Shown here piece by piece: positions 18,871 to 28,632 of a stretch of 64,000 bases of DNA. Position 1 is the stretch's first letter. Each line of letters opens with the position of its first letter. The position numbers and the translations under genes were made by a program. The DNA is from an uncultured bacterium (GTDB taxonomy: Bacteria > Babelota > Babeliae > Babelales > Vermiphilaceae). Under the pieces are notes generated by a model. It ran no database searches. It had not been told where the DNA came from and saw only the letters and a list, made by a program, of their open reading frames with translations. The stretch covers positions 32,001 through 96,000 of the forward strand of contig OY970212.1 of assembly GCA_963713925.1 (NCBI GenBank), written 5' to 3'.

Positions 18871-19353
18871 TTATTTTCCTATCATATTTAACGGTTCCCA
18901 GTGTTCCGGAACATGACCACTTAAACATGAACCATGATGATAATTTGATTCGATTGTTACATACTGCCTTGCATCAAGAGGAATTTCGTTCCCTTGTCTA
19001 TCTTTGGTGTACACAATTATGTCAAAATGTGGTGCATCCCCTACACCCGCATGACCGTATGAAAAAGACTGACCTTCAATTGGTAATTTTGCCGACCCAA
19101 GTGTTACTCGGTCACCAGTCCATGTATAATTCACCGCTTTCACCCAAATCTCATTAAACTGTCTGTCAACCGGAATTAATGGATCTAATTTTGCTATTGG
19201 AATTGGTGTAATAGTCAACCTTCCGCAGAGCAACACATTATCCCCAACTTGAATGACGCCTTTCTCGGTAAAAAATGGTTTAGGCGCCTCGGCGCGTAAT
19301 CCTTGAGTAGCAATTATGGCCATGGCCACAGCTAAAATACGTAAATTTTTCAT
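18871..19353 (-). CDS. Secreted hypothetical protein
   Basis: AGGAGG RBS, signal peptide. Confidence 0.7.
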   Translation of the reverse strand: MKNLRILAVAMAIIATQGLRAEAPKPFFTEKGVIQVGDNVLLCGRLTITPIPIAKLDPLIPVDRQFNEIWVKAVNYTWTGDRVTLGSAKLPIEGQSFSYGHAGVGDAPHFDIIVYTKDRQGNEIPLDARQYVTIESNYHHGSCLSGHVPEHWEPLNMIGK

Positions 19354-19416
19354 AACTTCCTCCTAAAAAAGTATGCCCTAACCTCCAGGTTTAGAGCCCT
19401 GATTTTACAGGTTTAT

Positions 19417-19442
19417 TCCGCCATAGCATTAGCAAAGGCGAA
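19417..19442 (+). repeat. REP-like family C unit
   Basis: TCCGCCATAGCATTAGCAAAGGCGAA resembles CGCCATAGCCTTAGCGACGGCGGAA near 53911. Confidence 0.55.
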
Positions 19443-19587
19443 TTTATTCTACTATTAGGATAACAAAATAGGGGGCTAAAATTCAATATTCAGACTGAAT
19501 TTTTTTAACCCAGGAGGAATTGACTATTTTTTGCAGGGATACTACTCTAAAAATAACAAATATATATTAAAAATAAGGAATATTTTT

Positions 19588-19935
19588 ATGTTCATGAGAA
19601 AAACAATACTTTTTGTGATTACGATTGCATCAATCAGTCTGACTGCGTCCGAAGATCTACCTACTGCTCAGTTACAGCCGGAATTGCAAACCCGGAATAT
19701 TTCAAACAAATTGTTACAATATAGTAAGGGCGTTGGAATGTCTTTGGCAGGAGTTGCTAGTCTTCTCTTCGGAATAGCAAGTTTGGATAGTACAGAACTT
19801 CCCGGTTTTTTGATTGTACCATCGTTGGCAATGATAGCATTGGGCATAGAAAGTATTCATGGAACTTACAACTTCAAAGAAAATTGCACGATCACTATCG
19901 AGCAAGACAAAAAGATACTGGAACAGTTAAATTAA
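19588..19935 (+). CDS. Hypothetical membrane protein
   Basis: Signal peptide plus two hydrophobic helices. Confidence 0.55.
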   Translation: MFMRKTILFVITIASISLTASEDLPTAQLQPELQTRNISNKLLQYSKGVGMSLAGVASLLFGIASLDSTELPGFLIVPSLAMIALGIESIHGTYNFKENCTITIEQDKKILEQLN

Positions 19936-19972
19936 ATTCTCCAACTTACGCTACAATTGAGAAAACCTCGGA

Positions 19973-20006
19973 AAAAATACCCGGCTTTTTTGGACCGGGT
20001 ATTTTT
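19973..20006. terminator. Intrinsic terminator
   Basis: AAAAATACCCGG..CCGGGTATTTTT between convergent genes. Confidence 0.65.
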
Positions 20007-20067
20007 ATTTACATTGAGAGATTAAAGACGAGTGTTATCCCATAATGAATATATGGAAAAGAAAAAG

Positions 20068-20826
20068 TTATTTTGTTGGAAACCAAGGAATAAGTGCATT
20101 GGTTCTTTTCTTATATTCTTGATATTCCGCATTGTTTTTCATTGCTTTCTCAAGTAATGGTATGCCCGTGATAAAAACAAGAAAAATGGTTATTGTAATC
20201 GGTGCGATTATGCTTGTCCACCCTTGCGGCACAGAGAGAGCAATAAGATATATCGACCACCACATAACAATCTCTCCAAAGTAATTTGGATGCCGCGAAT
20301 AATGCCATAAACCGCGATCCATTACTTTACCCTTATTGGCAGGATTTTTCATAAAATGAAATAACTGTTGGTCACTGATTGATTCCACGCAAAAACCAAA
20401 AATCCATAAAAGAATGCCGCATATATCAAGTACCGTTAAGCCAGGCACTTGATTCGTGTTTATTAAAAACACAGGGTAGCTCATGATAGCGATCATAATA
20501 CTTTGTCCAAATACCCACATGATGTTGATGATGAGCGCTTTAAAGCCTTTCCATTTCCATGACTTGAAACGAGGGTCTTCACCTGTATACCTTTTATAGA
20601 CATGCAATATAAGACGCCCTGCCCACAGCGCAATCATGCTCGTTACTATAATTTGACGTGCTAAGAAAGTGCCTGTCGTGAAAAAAGTATACAGCGCGAC
20701 AATTAATACACCGCCACCCCAGGTAAAGTTTGCAATACTAGTGTCTCCCCTATATTGCACATTAATAACCATACAACTCAGATATGCGATCAGTATTGCT
20801 ATTCCTATAATGAAAATAGTCGTCAT
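20068..20826 (-). CDS. DUF1295 / steroid 5-alpha reductase-like membrane protein
   Basis: EDPRF, ESISDQQL, GLWHYSRHPNYFGE, GIPLLE. Confidence 0.9.
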   Translation of the reverse strand: MTTIFIIGIAILIAYLSCMVINVQYRGDTSIANFTWGGGVLIVALYTFFTTGTFLARQIIVTSMIALWAGRLILHVYKRYTGEDPRFKSWKWKGFKALIINIMWVFGQSIMIAIMSYPVFLINTNQVPGLTVLDICGILLWIFGFCVESISDQQLFHFMKNPANKGKVMDRGLWHYSRHPNYFGEIVMWWSIYLIALSVPQGWTSIIAPITITIFLVFITGIPLLEKAMKNNAEYQEYKKRTNALIPWFPTK

Positions 20827-20915
20827 ACGGCCTCATGTTTCAAAAGGGAGAAATTTTATTAATTATCAGTTAAACTTGTCCGCAAAAATAAATGCAATAG
20901 CTTTAAAGGATTTTT

Positions 20916-21161
20916 ATGATCATCATTTGGGGTTCGCGCGCTCTCAAACGCAGAGAAGGTACGCTACGTTATAACTGCATGATATGTCCAAGCAGCTCTC
21001 TTACAGTGCATTCATATAGAAAGTGGTTCACACTTTTCTTCATCCCAATCTTTCCAATCGGCTCACGAGAATATTATGTTAAGTGTCGCGAATGTCGCAA
21101 TAGTTACAAAATGCCCTACATTGAAGAACTCATGCAACAGCATGATTTTATGGAAGAATAA
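20916..21161 (+). CDS. Zinc-ribbon domain protein
   Basis: MIIIWG, CxxC..RKWFTLFFIPIFPI..CxxC. Confidence 0.85.
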   Translation: MIIIWGSRALKRREGTLRYNCMICPSSSLTVHSYRKWFTLFFIPIFPIGSREYYVKCRECRNSYKMPYIEELMQQHDFMEE

Positions 21162-21248
21162 ACTGAAACACAGGAATCGATGTTTTCAGACACTACAAGC
21201 ATTTCAATTATTTTATATCTTCTTTGCTAAATCTTTCTGTGTAAATTG

Positions 21249-21294
21249 AAAGCGGTCATGGCACCAACTATTTTCCTAATGCCATGACCGCTTT
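21249..21294. terminator. Intrinsic terminator
   Basis: AAAGCGGTCATGGCA..TGCCATGACCGCTTT between convergent genes. Confidence 0.7.
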
Positions 21295-21318
21295 TTCATC
21301 TAGATTTTCAGTTATTAT

Positions 21319-22073
21319 TTAAGCTATCCGCAAAATATATACTGAAGCTCTCACCTGATTTTGTGTGCCGCCAACGTTGGGTGCTAGAGTAACAGCTGAA
21401 GCAGAGCTGTGGTTTCTCAATGTTAGTGTATCTCCCGCGCCGAGAGTCAAAATAGTGTATCCGGTATTTTGCTGAGTTCCTGCCCCTGAACCATATATGG
21501 TTGATGCATTTGGAACACCATTTACTGTGAGCGCAAATTGATTTGGCTCAGTGCCAGATACGGAAAAAGTAACCGCATACGTCCCTGCACTTACAACCTG
21601 AATCGAAGCGCTTCCGGCAGTATGTGTGACTCCGGATAACGGGCCATTGCTATCAAAAAGGACGTCGCCTTCTATCGCTACTGTTCCTGCTTGCGTGAGT
21701 GCATAAACATAACCGTATCCCAATATTCCAACACCGCCAGCACCAATAGTTGTGGTGTACATGTTAAGGTACATGTACCGGTTGTGATTGGACCGCCAAA
21801 GGCACCTGCGCCCGCAACAGCTAAACTTCCTGCAACTGCCAGATCGCCGCCTATTGCTTCATTACCTCCAACAGCCAAGGTACAAATCTTTGCACAGTTC
21901 GCTATAATGCTACAGAACCGTTTGCATTTTTTTCTGCGAATTATTTCACTGTCCGATTCTTCCGGCATCTCATTTTGAGTTTCTAATTCTTCAGGATTTA
22001 TTGGTGTTAATTCCGACGTTGATTTAACTTGGAATGATAGCACAAGTGCGAGTGCTAGAATTTTTTTTAACAT
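21319..22073 (-). pseudogene. Secreted protein with BclA-like/C1q-type C-terminal domain, split by a frameshift near 21755
   Basis: ORF 21678..22073 (signal peptide, Cys cluster, G-x-L-A-V repeats) overlaps ORF 21319..21774 (VLFDSNGPL, EPNQFAL, YGSGAGTQQNTG, LTLRNHSS). Confidence 0.65.
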
Positions 22074-22198
22074 ACGTTTTCCTCTCTTGAATATTGTGGG
22101 ACCATACACACTCCTTAAAACAGGCAATGTTTTCAGAGTAGAAGCTATTATAAATAAATGCAGTACGTCAAGCTCTGTAAACAACCGGGCTATCTTAA

Positions 22199-22267
22199 TG
22201 CCGAAACAGCTACAAGATGCCGTATATTGAAGAACTTATGCAGCAACATGATTTTATGGAAGAATAA
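22199..22267 (+). repeat. Displaced duplicate of the zinc-ribbon gene 3' end (copy of 21093..21161)
   Basis: Both encode CRNSYKMPYIEELMQQHDFMEE*; 10 nucleotide differences, all synonymous. Confidence 0.9.
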
Positions 22268-22334
22268 ATATTGATATAATATCTTTATGTTGATTAACAG
22301 GATCAATACAAAACGCAATACAGAAAGACTTTAT

Positions 22335-22988
22335 ATGAAAAAATTCTTCTTGTTTTTTAGTTTACTCCTTATAAATAACAATATATTTACAGCAGATCAA
22401 TCAAATAACAATCGTATAAGAATTAAAGAACTTGTCAGCGTCAATAACATTCCAGAATTAAAACAATTTCTCAGTCAAGTATCAGATGATATTTTAGTCA
22501 GAAATATAAGATCAACAACTCTCTTAAGAAAAGCTCGTACGTCAGAAATGATCGATACTTTGATTGAATTTGGACTTGTTAAACTATCTCCTCTTGAAAA
22601 TTTATATGTGGATCATTTAACGAGGATGGTCGATAATAAAACACCAAATGCCTATGGTCGTGCTATACAAAAATTAGGTATCTCAGGTTTTTTTGCTCTG
22701 AAAGGAATTTGGGATAGCGGCACAGATGTTCAAAATCAAGAAGGACATGAAAATGCTTTAAAAGAATATGGCGTTATTGACCAAGCCGTGCTTGATAATA
22801 GAAGCAAAATCGAAAAGCACCAACTTTGGCCTTGGTTATTTTGTCAAGACCACTTAAATTTAGAAAATAAAATTCGTGAAGAAATTGGAATCCCTTCCGT
22901 TGTAATAACACGTCAACCAGAATCAGGTAATTGGATAGTTGACCATTCAAAAAACAATGTTACGAACTCGTCTGCACATTCGGAGTAA
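22335..22988 (+). CDS. Secreted hypothetical protein
   Basis: MKKFFL signal peptide; 3' end overlaps priA convergently. Confidence 0.65.
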   Translation: MKKFFLFFSLLLINNNIFTADQSNNNRIRIKELVSVNNIPELKQFLSQVSDDILVRNIRSTTLLRKARTSEMIDTLIEFGLVKLSPLENLYVDHLTRMVDNKTPNAYGRAIQKLGISGFFALKGIWDSGTDVQNQEGHENALKEYGVIDQAVLDNRSKIEKHQLWPWLFCQDHLNLENKIREEIGIPSVVITRQPESGNWIVDHSKNNVTNSSAHSE

Positions 22989-24948
22989 AAAAGATTTCAA
23001 CTGCACACTTGATTGCTGCAATATGCTGATACACGGCAATAATCTCGCTCATCTGATCTGCTTTTAGATAGATGTTCATGATATGGGTGTGTTTAATCTT
23101 GTGCACCGGAGGTTTGGCTGGGCCAAGCAGCAAGACATTCATATTGTGCCGTTCGATATATTCCAATGCACGCTCGCATACCATGTCCGCATCGGCTTGT
23201 AAAACAGCCTCATCGGATGCCCGCAGCTCTATTTGCGCCAATCGTTTGCAAGGCGGGTAGCCGACTTCTGCTCGTGTTGCTATTTCTTTTTCATAAAATT
23301 CCGGATACTTGAGCTCATCGATATAATCAAAAATAGGATGATGCGCCATCGCCTGGATAATGACAGTGCTTTCCTGTGTTTGTCTTCCGGCGCGTCCGGC
23401 AACTTGGATGAGCTGCGCAAGCGTCACTTCGCTCGCATTATACATCGGAAAATGTAAATTCAAATCTGCCCAAATGACCCCTACTAACGTCACTTTCGGA
23501 AAATGATAGCCTTTAGTAATGGTTTGCGTGCCGACAATGATATCAACCTGCTGTTTCTCAATGGCGCTCAGCGTCTGTGCCCAGAGTTTTTTCTTGCGCG
23601 TCACATCTTGATCTGCGCGAACAATGCGCGCGCTTGGAAGCAACGATTGCAAGATGTTGACCATCTGCTCGGTGCCAACTCCTTTTTTTATTAAATCATC
23701 CGAACTCGCAGAACACTGCGTGCATGTTCGCGGCATCATCATGCTGTAGCTGCAATAGTGACAGTTGAGCTGGCCGTCAGCATGCAACGTCAAACTCACT
23801 GAACAGGCCGGACACCCAAAAATATGGCTGCACCGTTTGCATTGAACAAAAAAACTATAGCCACGTCGATTGATGAAGATAATCGATTGTTCTTTTTTTG
23901 CGATCCGATCTTTCAACGCAGCCAACAATTGAGTGCTGATCCAAAAGTTTTTACGTTCTTTTTTATCGGTCAAAAGCACCGGCACAATAGCAGGGAACGC
24001 TCCAGCAAAGCGTTTTGTAAGTTTAAAGAGTGGCCATTGTTTTTTTGTAACCGCATGAAGCGTTGCGATAGAAGGTGTAGCCGATCCGAGCATGATAGGA
24101 ATGTTATAGAGTTGCGCGCGAATAAGCGCCGCTTCTTTGCTGTTGATTTTGGGATGTTTTTTTTCTTGGTAGCCAACTTCATGCTCTTCATCAATGATAA
24201 TGCATCCAAGGTTTGAAATCGGCAGCAAAATTGGCAAATGCACACCGATGATGAGCATACTTTGGTTGTTTTGCAATGCAGCCCACAGAGCTTTTTTTTC
24301 TGATTGTTTTGTTGCTGAATGGAACCCGAAAATGGGCGTATGTTGCGGAAGCTCTTTTTTTAATCGTTGTTCAAATGCATGCGCCAGAGTCACCTCCGGG
24401 AGCATCAAGATAACCGATTTGTTCTGGGCGAGTGTATGTTGAATTGCTGTTTTATACACCTCTGTTTTGCCAGAACCGGTCACTCCGTGCAACACAATAG
24501 GCTGAAATTGTGCACGATCAATTGCGTGCACGAAAAATGTTGCCGCTTGTGATTGCTCATTGGTAAGCATTGCCGATTGATGATGTGAGCTCTGTTGCTC
24601 ATCAGACAATTCAGTCTCATGCTCTTGACCTAAAAATCCGGTGAGTCGTTTGTATAAAATAATGGGATCTATCTGATAATAGGAAGCAATCTTTTGAATA
24701 AAAGGACGATACAAAGCATCTTCAGGCAATGCTTCCTTGTGCAAAATTGCTTTTAACTCAAAGGTGATATGCGCCGGCTTTTCTTGCGTCGCATAGCAGA
24801 CATATGCTGTTTCCACCCGTTTTTGCAATGGCACACGCACAAGCGTGCCAACCGGATACGAACTTTCGCCCGGAGATCCGGTGTACCACAGCGGACGCGG
24901 ATAACCATTAATGAGTTTGACCTGTAAGTACTGGATGTTCATGAGCAA
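22960..24948 (-). CDS. priA: Primosomal protein N' (replication restart helicase)
   Basis: LHGVTGSGKTEVY, IDEEH, GSATPS, FINRRG, zinc CxxC clusters, QVAGRAGR. Confidence 0.95.
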   Translation of the reverse strand: MLMNIQYLQVKLINGYPRPLWYTGSPGESSYPVGTLVRVPLQKRVETAYVCYATQEKPAHITFELKAILHKEALPEDALYRPFIQKIASYYQIDPIILYKRLTGFLGQEHETELSDEQQSSHHQSAMLTNEQSQAATFFVHAIDRAQFQPIVLHGVTGSGKTEVYKTAIQHTLAQNKSVILMLPEVTLAHAFEQRLKKELPQHTPIFGFHSATKQSEKKALWAALQNNQSMLIIGVHLPILLPISNLGCIIIDEEHEVGYQEKKHPKINSKEAALIRAQLYNIPIMLGSATPSIATLHAVTKKQWPLFKLTKRFAGAFPAIVPVLLTDKKERKNFWISTQLLAALKDRIAKKEQSIIFINRRGYSFFVQCKRCSHIFGCPACSVSLTLHADGQLNCHYCSYSMMMPRTCTQCSASSDDLIKKGVGTEQMVNILQSLLPSARIVRADQDVTRKKKLWAQTLSAIEKQQVDIIVGTQTITKGYHFPKVTLVGVIWADLNLHFPMYNASEVTLAQLIQVAGRAGRQTQESTVIIQAMAHHPIFDYIDELKYPEFYEKEIATRAEVGYPPCKRLAQIELRASDEAVLQADADMVCERALEYIERHNMNVLLLGPAKPPVHKIKHTHIMNIYLKADQMSEIIAVYQHIAAIKCAVEIFFTPNVQTSS

Positions 24949-24954
24949 TGCGCA

Positions 24955-25602
24955 CTATTCTACAGAATGCCATTTATGGGCTTGAGAGTTGTATCGATTA
25001 ATCTTGCCTGTTTTCAAATCAAAATACCATGCATGAAGCGCAAGCTTTCCCGCGGCGACAGATTGAGCTATCCACTCAAAGCTTGATAAATTTTTTAATG
25101 AATTTAACAATGCATATTTTTCGCAAAAAACAACCTGTTCATCAAATGATGCGTGCGAATGTTCATCTATCACTTTTTGATACGCAGGACGCGCTATATC
25201 AAGCCATTTTGAAATATAACCATTTTCCTGATTCCACACTTCGGGAGCTTTATGCAAGAGCGCTTGAATACCGCCGCATTGTGTGTGGCCTAAAATAATG
25301 ATGTCTTCAACACCCAAGAAGCGCACGCCGAACTCAAGGGCAGCGCTCGTGCCATGATACATAGTCACACCTTCTTGCGGAGGCACGAGGTTCGCAACGT
25401 TTCTGACCATAAAAAGTTCACCCGGCTGACAATTAAAAATGATTGCCGGATCAACACGTGAATCAGAACATGCGATGACCATTGTCTTTGGTTTTTGCCC
25501 GTAACGCGTCAGATTTTCATAGAGGGCTCGATCTGTCCCAAAATATTTTTCACGAAACTGCTTATTGCCATCAATAAGTTTTTGTATCCCCTCAAAAGAC
25601 AT
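24955..25602 (-). CDS. Beta-class carbonic anhydrase
   Basis: IACSDSRVDP, RNVANLVPP, GHTQCGG. Confidence 0.95.
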   Translation of the reverse strand: MSFEGIQKLIDGNKQFREKYFGTDRALYENLTRYGQKPKTMVIACSDSRVDPAIIFNCQPGELFMVRNVANLVPPQEGVTMYHGTSAALEFGVRFLGVEDIIILGHTQCGGIQALLHKAPEVWNQENGYISKWLDIARPAYQKVIDEHSHASFDEQVVFCEKYALLNSLKNLSSFEWIAQSVAAGKLALHAWYFDLKTGKINRYNSQAHKWHSVE

Positions 25603-25682
25603 ATTAATCCCTCCCTCACATGATATGACTATTGAAGGTTAGTATTACACATTAAAAAATATTGGTAAATGCAAGGAAGTTC

Positions 25683-26678
25683 TTACTCGGCCCTCATTTG
25701 AACAAACAGCTTATCTAACTTTGCAAAATATGCTTGCGAATGTCGAATTTCGCCTTCCCGGGCTGACGTGAAAATGAGTTTTGGGCTATAGGAAATTTTC
25801 AATTGTGCACGTAGTTGATCAATTAATTCCAATAAGGTAATGCTTTTCCCCGTTGCAACATTATACGCTTGACCATCCAATTGCTCAGTGTCCAAAGCAG
25901 CACAATTAACATTCGTATCAACAACCATATCGACCGGCACAAAATCTCTTGTTTGCAAACCATCTCCGAAAATGGTCAAAGGTTTTTCTTCTTGCAACAA
26001 TTGGGTAAATTTCGCAACAACCCCTGAGTATGGGCTTGAAGAATCTTGTCGAGGCCCAAAAACATTAAAATAACGGAGCGAAATCCCCGGCACACCATGC
26101 ACTCGCGCGTAATAAGCAACCAGCTGTTCTCCGACATATTTTGATAATCCGTAGGCGGAACTTGGTATGCACAGATCTTCCTCGCAGCAAATTCCCTCTT
26201 TATTGCCATACACGGCAGCTGAAGAGGAAAATATGAAACGCGTGACCTTTTTTATCCGAGCTGCCTCTAATATATTCCATGTCCCCCGCACGTTGCTATC
26301 AAAGCAAGTGGGTGGAGATTTGAGTGATTCAACTACTCGTATGTGCGCGGCCAAATGAAAAATAATTTCTTGGCCTTCTGCCGCATCAAGACAGTCTTGT
26401 ATGTTGCAAATATCACCTTGTATACAGCGAACATGTTGCGCAACACCCACAAGGTTTTCATGTTTTCCGGTGCTGAAATTATCAAGGACGCTCACCTGCG
26501 CTCCGAGTGTAACGAGCTTTTCAACCAGATGCGATCCGATAAAGCCGTATCCACCGGTTACCAACACCTTCTTGTTTTTATAATATTCATTGAGATCTGC
26601 GCTCGCCGATTGAGCCCAAGCGGGAATGAAAAGAATAAGACTAAGTAGAATGCTTGAAAACGAAATTTCTTTTTTCAC
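25683..26678 (-). CDS. NAD-dependent nucleotide-sugar epimerase/dehydratase (WbpP/GalE-like) with signal peptide
   Basis: VLVTGGYGFIGSHL, SSSAAVYG, YGLSK, RYFNVFGPRQD; N-terminal MKKEISF..IPAWA. Confidence 0.9.
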   Translation of the reverse strand: MKKEISFSSILLSLILFIPAWAQSASADLNEYYKNKKVLVTGGYGFIGSHLVEKLVTLGAQVSVLDNFSTGKHENLVGVAQHVRCIQGDICNIQDCLDAAEGQEIIFHLAAHIRVVESLKSPPTCFDSNVRGTWNILEAARIKKVTRFIFSSSAAVYGNKEGICCEEDLCIPSSAYGLSKYVGEQLVAYYARVHGVPGISLRYFNVFGPRQDSSSPYSGVVAKFTQLLQEEKPLTIFGDGLQTRDFVPVDMVVDTNVNCAALDTEQLDGQAYNVATGKSITLLELIDQLRAQLKISYSPKLIFTSAREGEIRHSQAYFAKLDKLFVQMRAE

Positions 26679-27595
26679 TACGCACCTCGCGCGATAAATT
26701 TCGGCGTTACTTCCATATGCGCAGCCTCATTTTCAATGCATGCAACGGCATCGATATCAATTTTCAGACCTTCTTTAAAATAATCAAACAACATCTCTAT
26801 TGGGTATCCCATATTACGAGATCCCAACCAATCGGTTTGCACCAAATTAAGCGGCACATTTACTATTTTTGAACGAGTATAGAATAATCCTTTTTTGTGC
26901 ATATCATATGCCGGACCACCGGTTAACCCTCCAGATCGAACAGCCATACACCCTTCAAGCCTGTTTGGAGAGTGGAACGGAATATATGGTATAATCGCAA
27001 GCAAATCAGCCTTGCGATAGATGGTCATGTCTAGACTGCTTGGATATCCCCAATCACCCTTTCCATCTTTAAAAGTGAAGGTATAAGCACCTGCAACTTC
27101 ATCTACCAATTCATGTTGCGGAACAGGAGTTTCAATGTTTTCTGTATAACAGCGGGTTATATTAAGCCCAAGACGCAAATAAAATCCATGCGCTCCCGTT
27201 TTTTCAAGCATTTCTATACATTCGGCACATTTGATTTCATCTTTAACGATAATATCATCAACTCCGAACATAACATATTCATGCGGGCACGATTGCAAGC
27301 ATGCAAGCACTTGCCCTTTATATTCGGCAAAAGGGTCCCTGCCTTGATGTATAATGCCAAGACTTTTATGTTTGAATGTTTCAAAAACGATTTGATATGC
27401 TTGATCAATCTCATCTGAACTTGTTCGATAAATGATAAATATGCGCCCAAGATCTTTCATATGCCGATCAATTGACTCTAAATATGCATATAATTGCATC
27501 GGTCTATCGTAAGATGAAATGATAAGGTCAGCAGTTTTTGCATGCACCATGCCAAAAGATAGTATGGTTATGAGCATCATTATTTTTTTAAACAT
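26678..27595 (-). CDS. Putative GT-A fold glycosyltransferase with signal peptide
   Basis: SSYDRPMQLYAYLES, MFGVDD, FYLRLG, WGYP.SLD, PNRLEG; MFKK..VHA signal. Confidence 0.6.
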   Translation of the reverse strand: MFKKIMMLITILSFGMVHAKTADLIISSYDRPMQLYAYLESIDRHMKDLGRIFIIYRTSSDEIDQAYQIVFETFKHKSLGIIHQGRDPFAEYKGQVLACLQSCPHEYVMFGVDDIIVKDEIKCAECIEMLEKTGAHGFYLRLGLNITRCYTENIETPVPQHELVDEVAGAYTFTFKDGKGDWGYPSSLDMTIYRKADLLAIIPYIPFHSPNRLEGCMAVRSGGLTGGPAYDMHKKGLFYTRSKIVNVPLNLVQTDWLGSRNMGYPIEMLFDYFKEGLKIDIDAVACIENEAAHMEVTPKFIARGA

Positions 27596-27598
27596 TAC

Positions 27599-28621
27599 TT
27601 ACTCCTGGTTTTTTTGGGGCCCCATCGACAAGGGCGTACTACTATACTGAATATTATTTTTAAAATAAGGAACTCCGTACTGCCCAGCAGCCAATCCAAG
27701 CCATTGAGCACCTTCTTTGAGATCATAATCAAGGCGCGATTGATAAATCGCCGTTGAATGATTCAACCAATACGAATCAACTCTTCCATCCGCATTCGGC
27801 CAATAGATATTGGTGTGAAATGGAACAGTGCGATCTTTCAACTTCAGTTGCAGCCATCCGGGTCTATAAACATGCAGTCCTAGCAACCTCGCGCAAATGC
27901 TCCACAATGCCTGGTCATGCCGCGCTCCACCAAAGCCCCATCCGGCCGATCCATCGTCTTCAAAATAGCGTATGTCTTTTGTCATTTCATACATGGGAAG
28001 AATGAGCTTTTCATACACAGCTTTGGTGCATCCAATAATATTGGCACTCAGAGATATTGTATTGAGAATATGTTGTCGTTCGGGCGTATCAAGCCCAAAT
28101 TGAGTTCTGACAAATCGAGTAGTGCAGTTGTTTAAATCATGAAAGACGCTGACAAGGAAATAACCGTTGTATGCTATATGCTCAAACAGCTCTTCAAGTG
28201 ACCGCATCACGGTGTTCCCGGCATCCATATATAAAACGGTATCAAAACGATCAAGAGTTTGTTTGATGATTACCGGCTTCCATGCATACCAACCGGGAAC
28301 CGTCTTGCCCTCGTTTCTTGTCACCATTGGTTTGAGAAGATCCGGATGCGTGAGCTCAACATGAGCAAGCTCAACTTTGGCCATATCGCTCAAAGATGCT
28401 CTTTCTTCGTGACTAAGCCCTATATCATACACCACAATTCGATTTAATCGATCAAAATCAACTCGATGAATACTGCCGATAAGATTTAACACCGGCTTAA
28501 AGTAGGAACTGTTTGCCGCAGTACAAATGACCATGTTTGCGTTCACGGTACACATCTGCAAACAGATGCTCAACACAATAAAGATGTTCCAAGGGAAATG
28601 ACGGATATATAGATGCTTCAT
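27599..28621 (-). CDS. Putative glycosyltransferase (DUF1647-like) with signal peptide
   Basis: TAANSSYF, VYDIGL, YAWKPVII, LYMDAG, RHDQA; signal ending VNA. Confidence 0.65.
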   Translation of the reverse strand: MKHLYIRHFPWNIFIVLSICLQMCTVNANMVICTAANSSYFKPVLNLIGSIHRVDFDRLNRIVVYDIGLSHEERASLSDMAKVELAHVELTHPDLLKPMVTRNEGKTVPGWYAWKPVIIKQTLDRFDTVLYMDAGNTVMRSLEELFEHIAYNGYFLVSVFHDLNNCTTRFVRTQFGLDTPERQHILNTISLSANIIGCTKAVYEKLILPMYEMTKDIRYFEDDGSAGWGFGGARHDQALWSICARLLGLHVYRPGWLQLKLKDRTVPFHTNIYWPNADGRVDSYWLNHSTAIYQSRLDYDLKEGAQWLGLAAGQYGVPYFKNNIQYSSTPLSMGPQKNQE

Positions 28622-28632
28622 TCTCCGTTACC

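Noticed and set aside
18825..20006. Similar ACCCGGC hairpins in opposite orientation flanking two genes, as possible transposon ends
   Set aside because: Each is explained as a terminator between convergent genes; no transposase or target duplication
21093..22267. Possible DGR template/variable repeat pair
   Set aside because: Differences are synonymous third positions not restricted to adenines, and no reverse transcriptase is present
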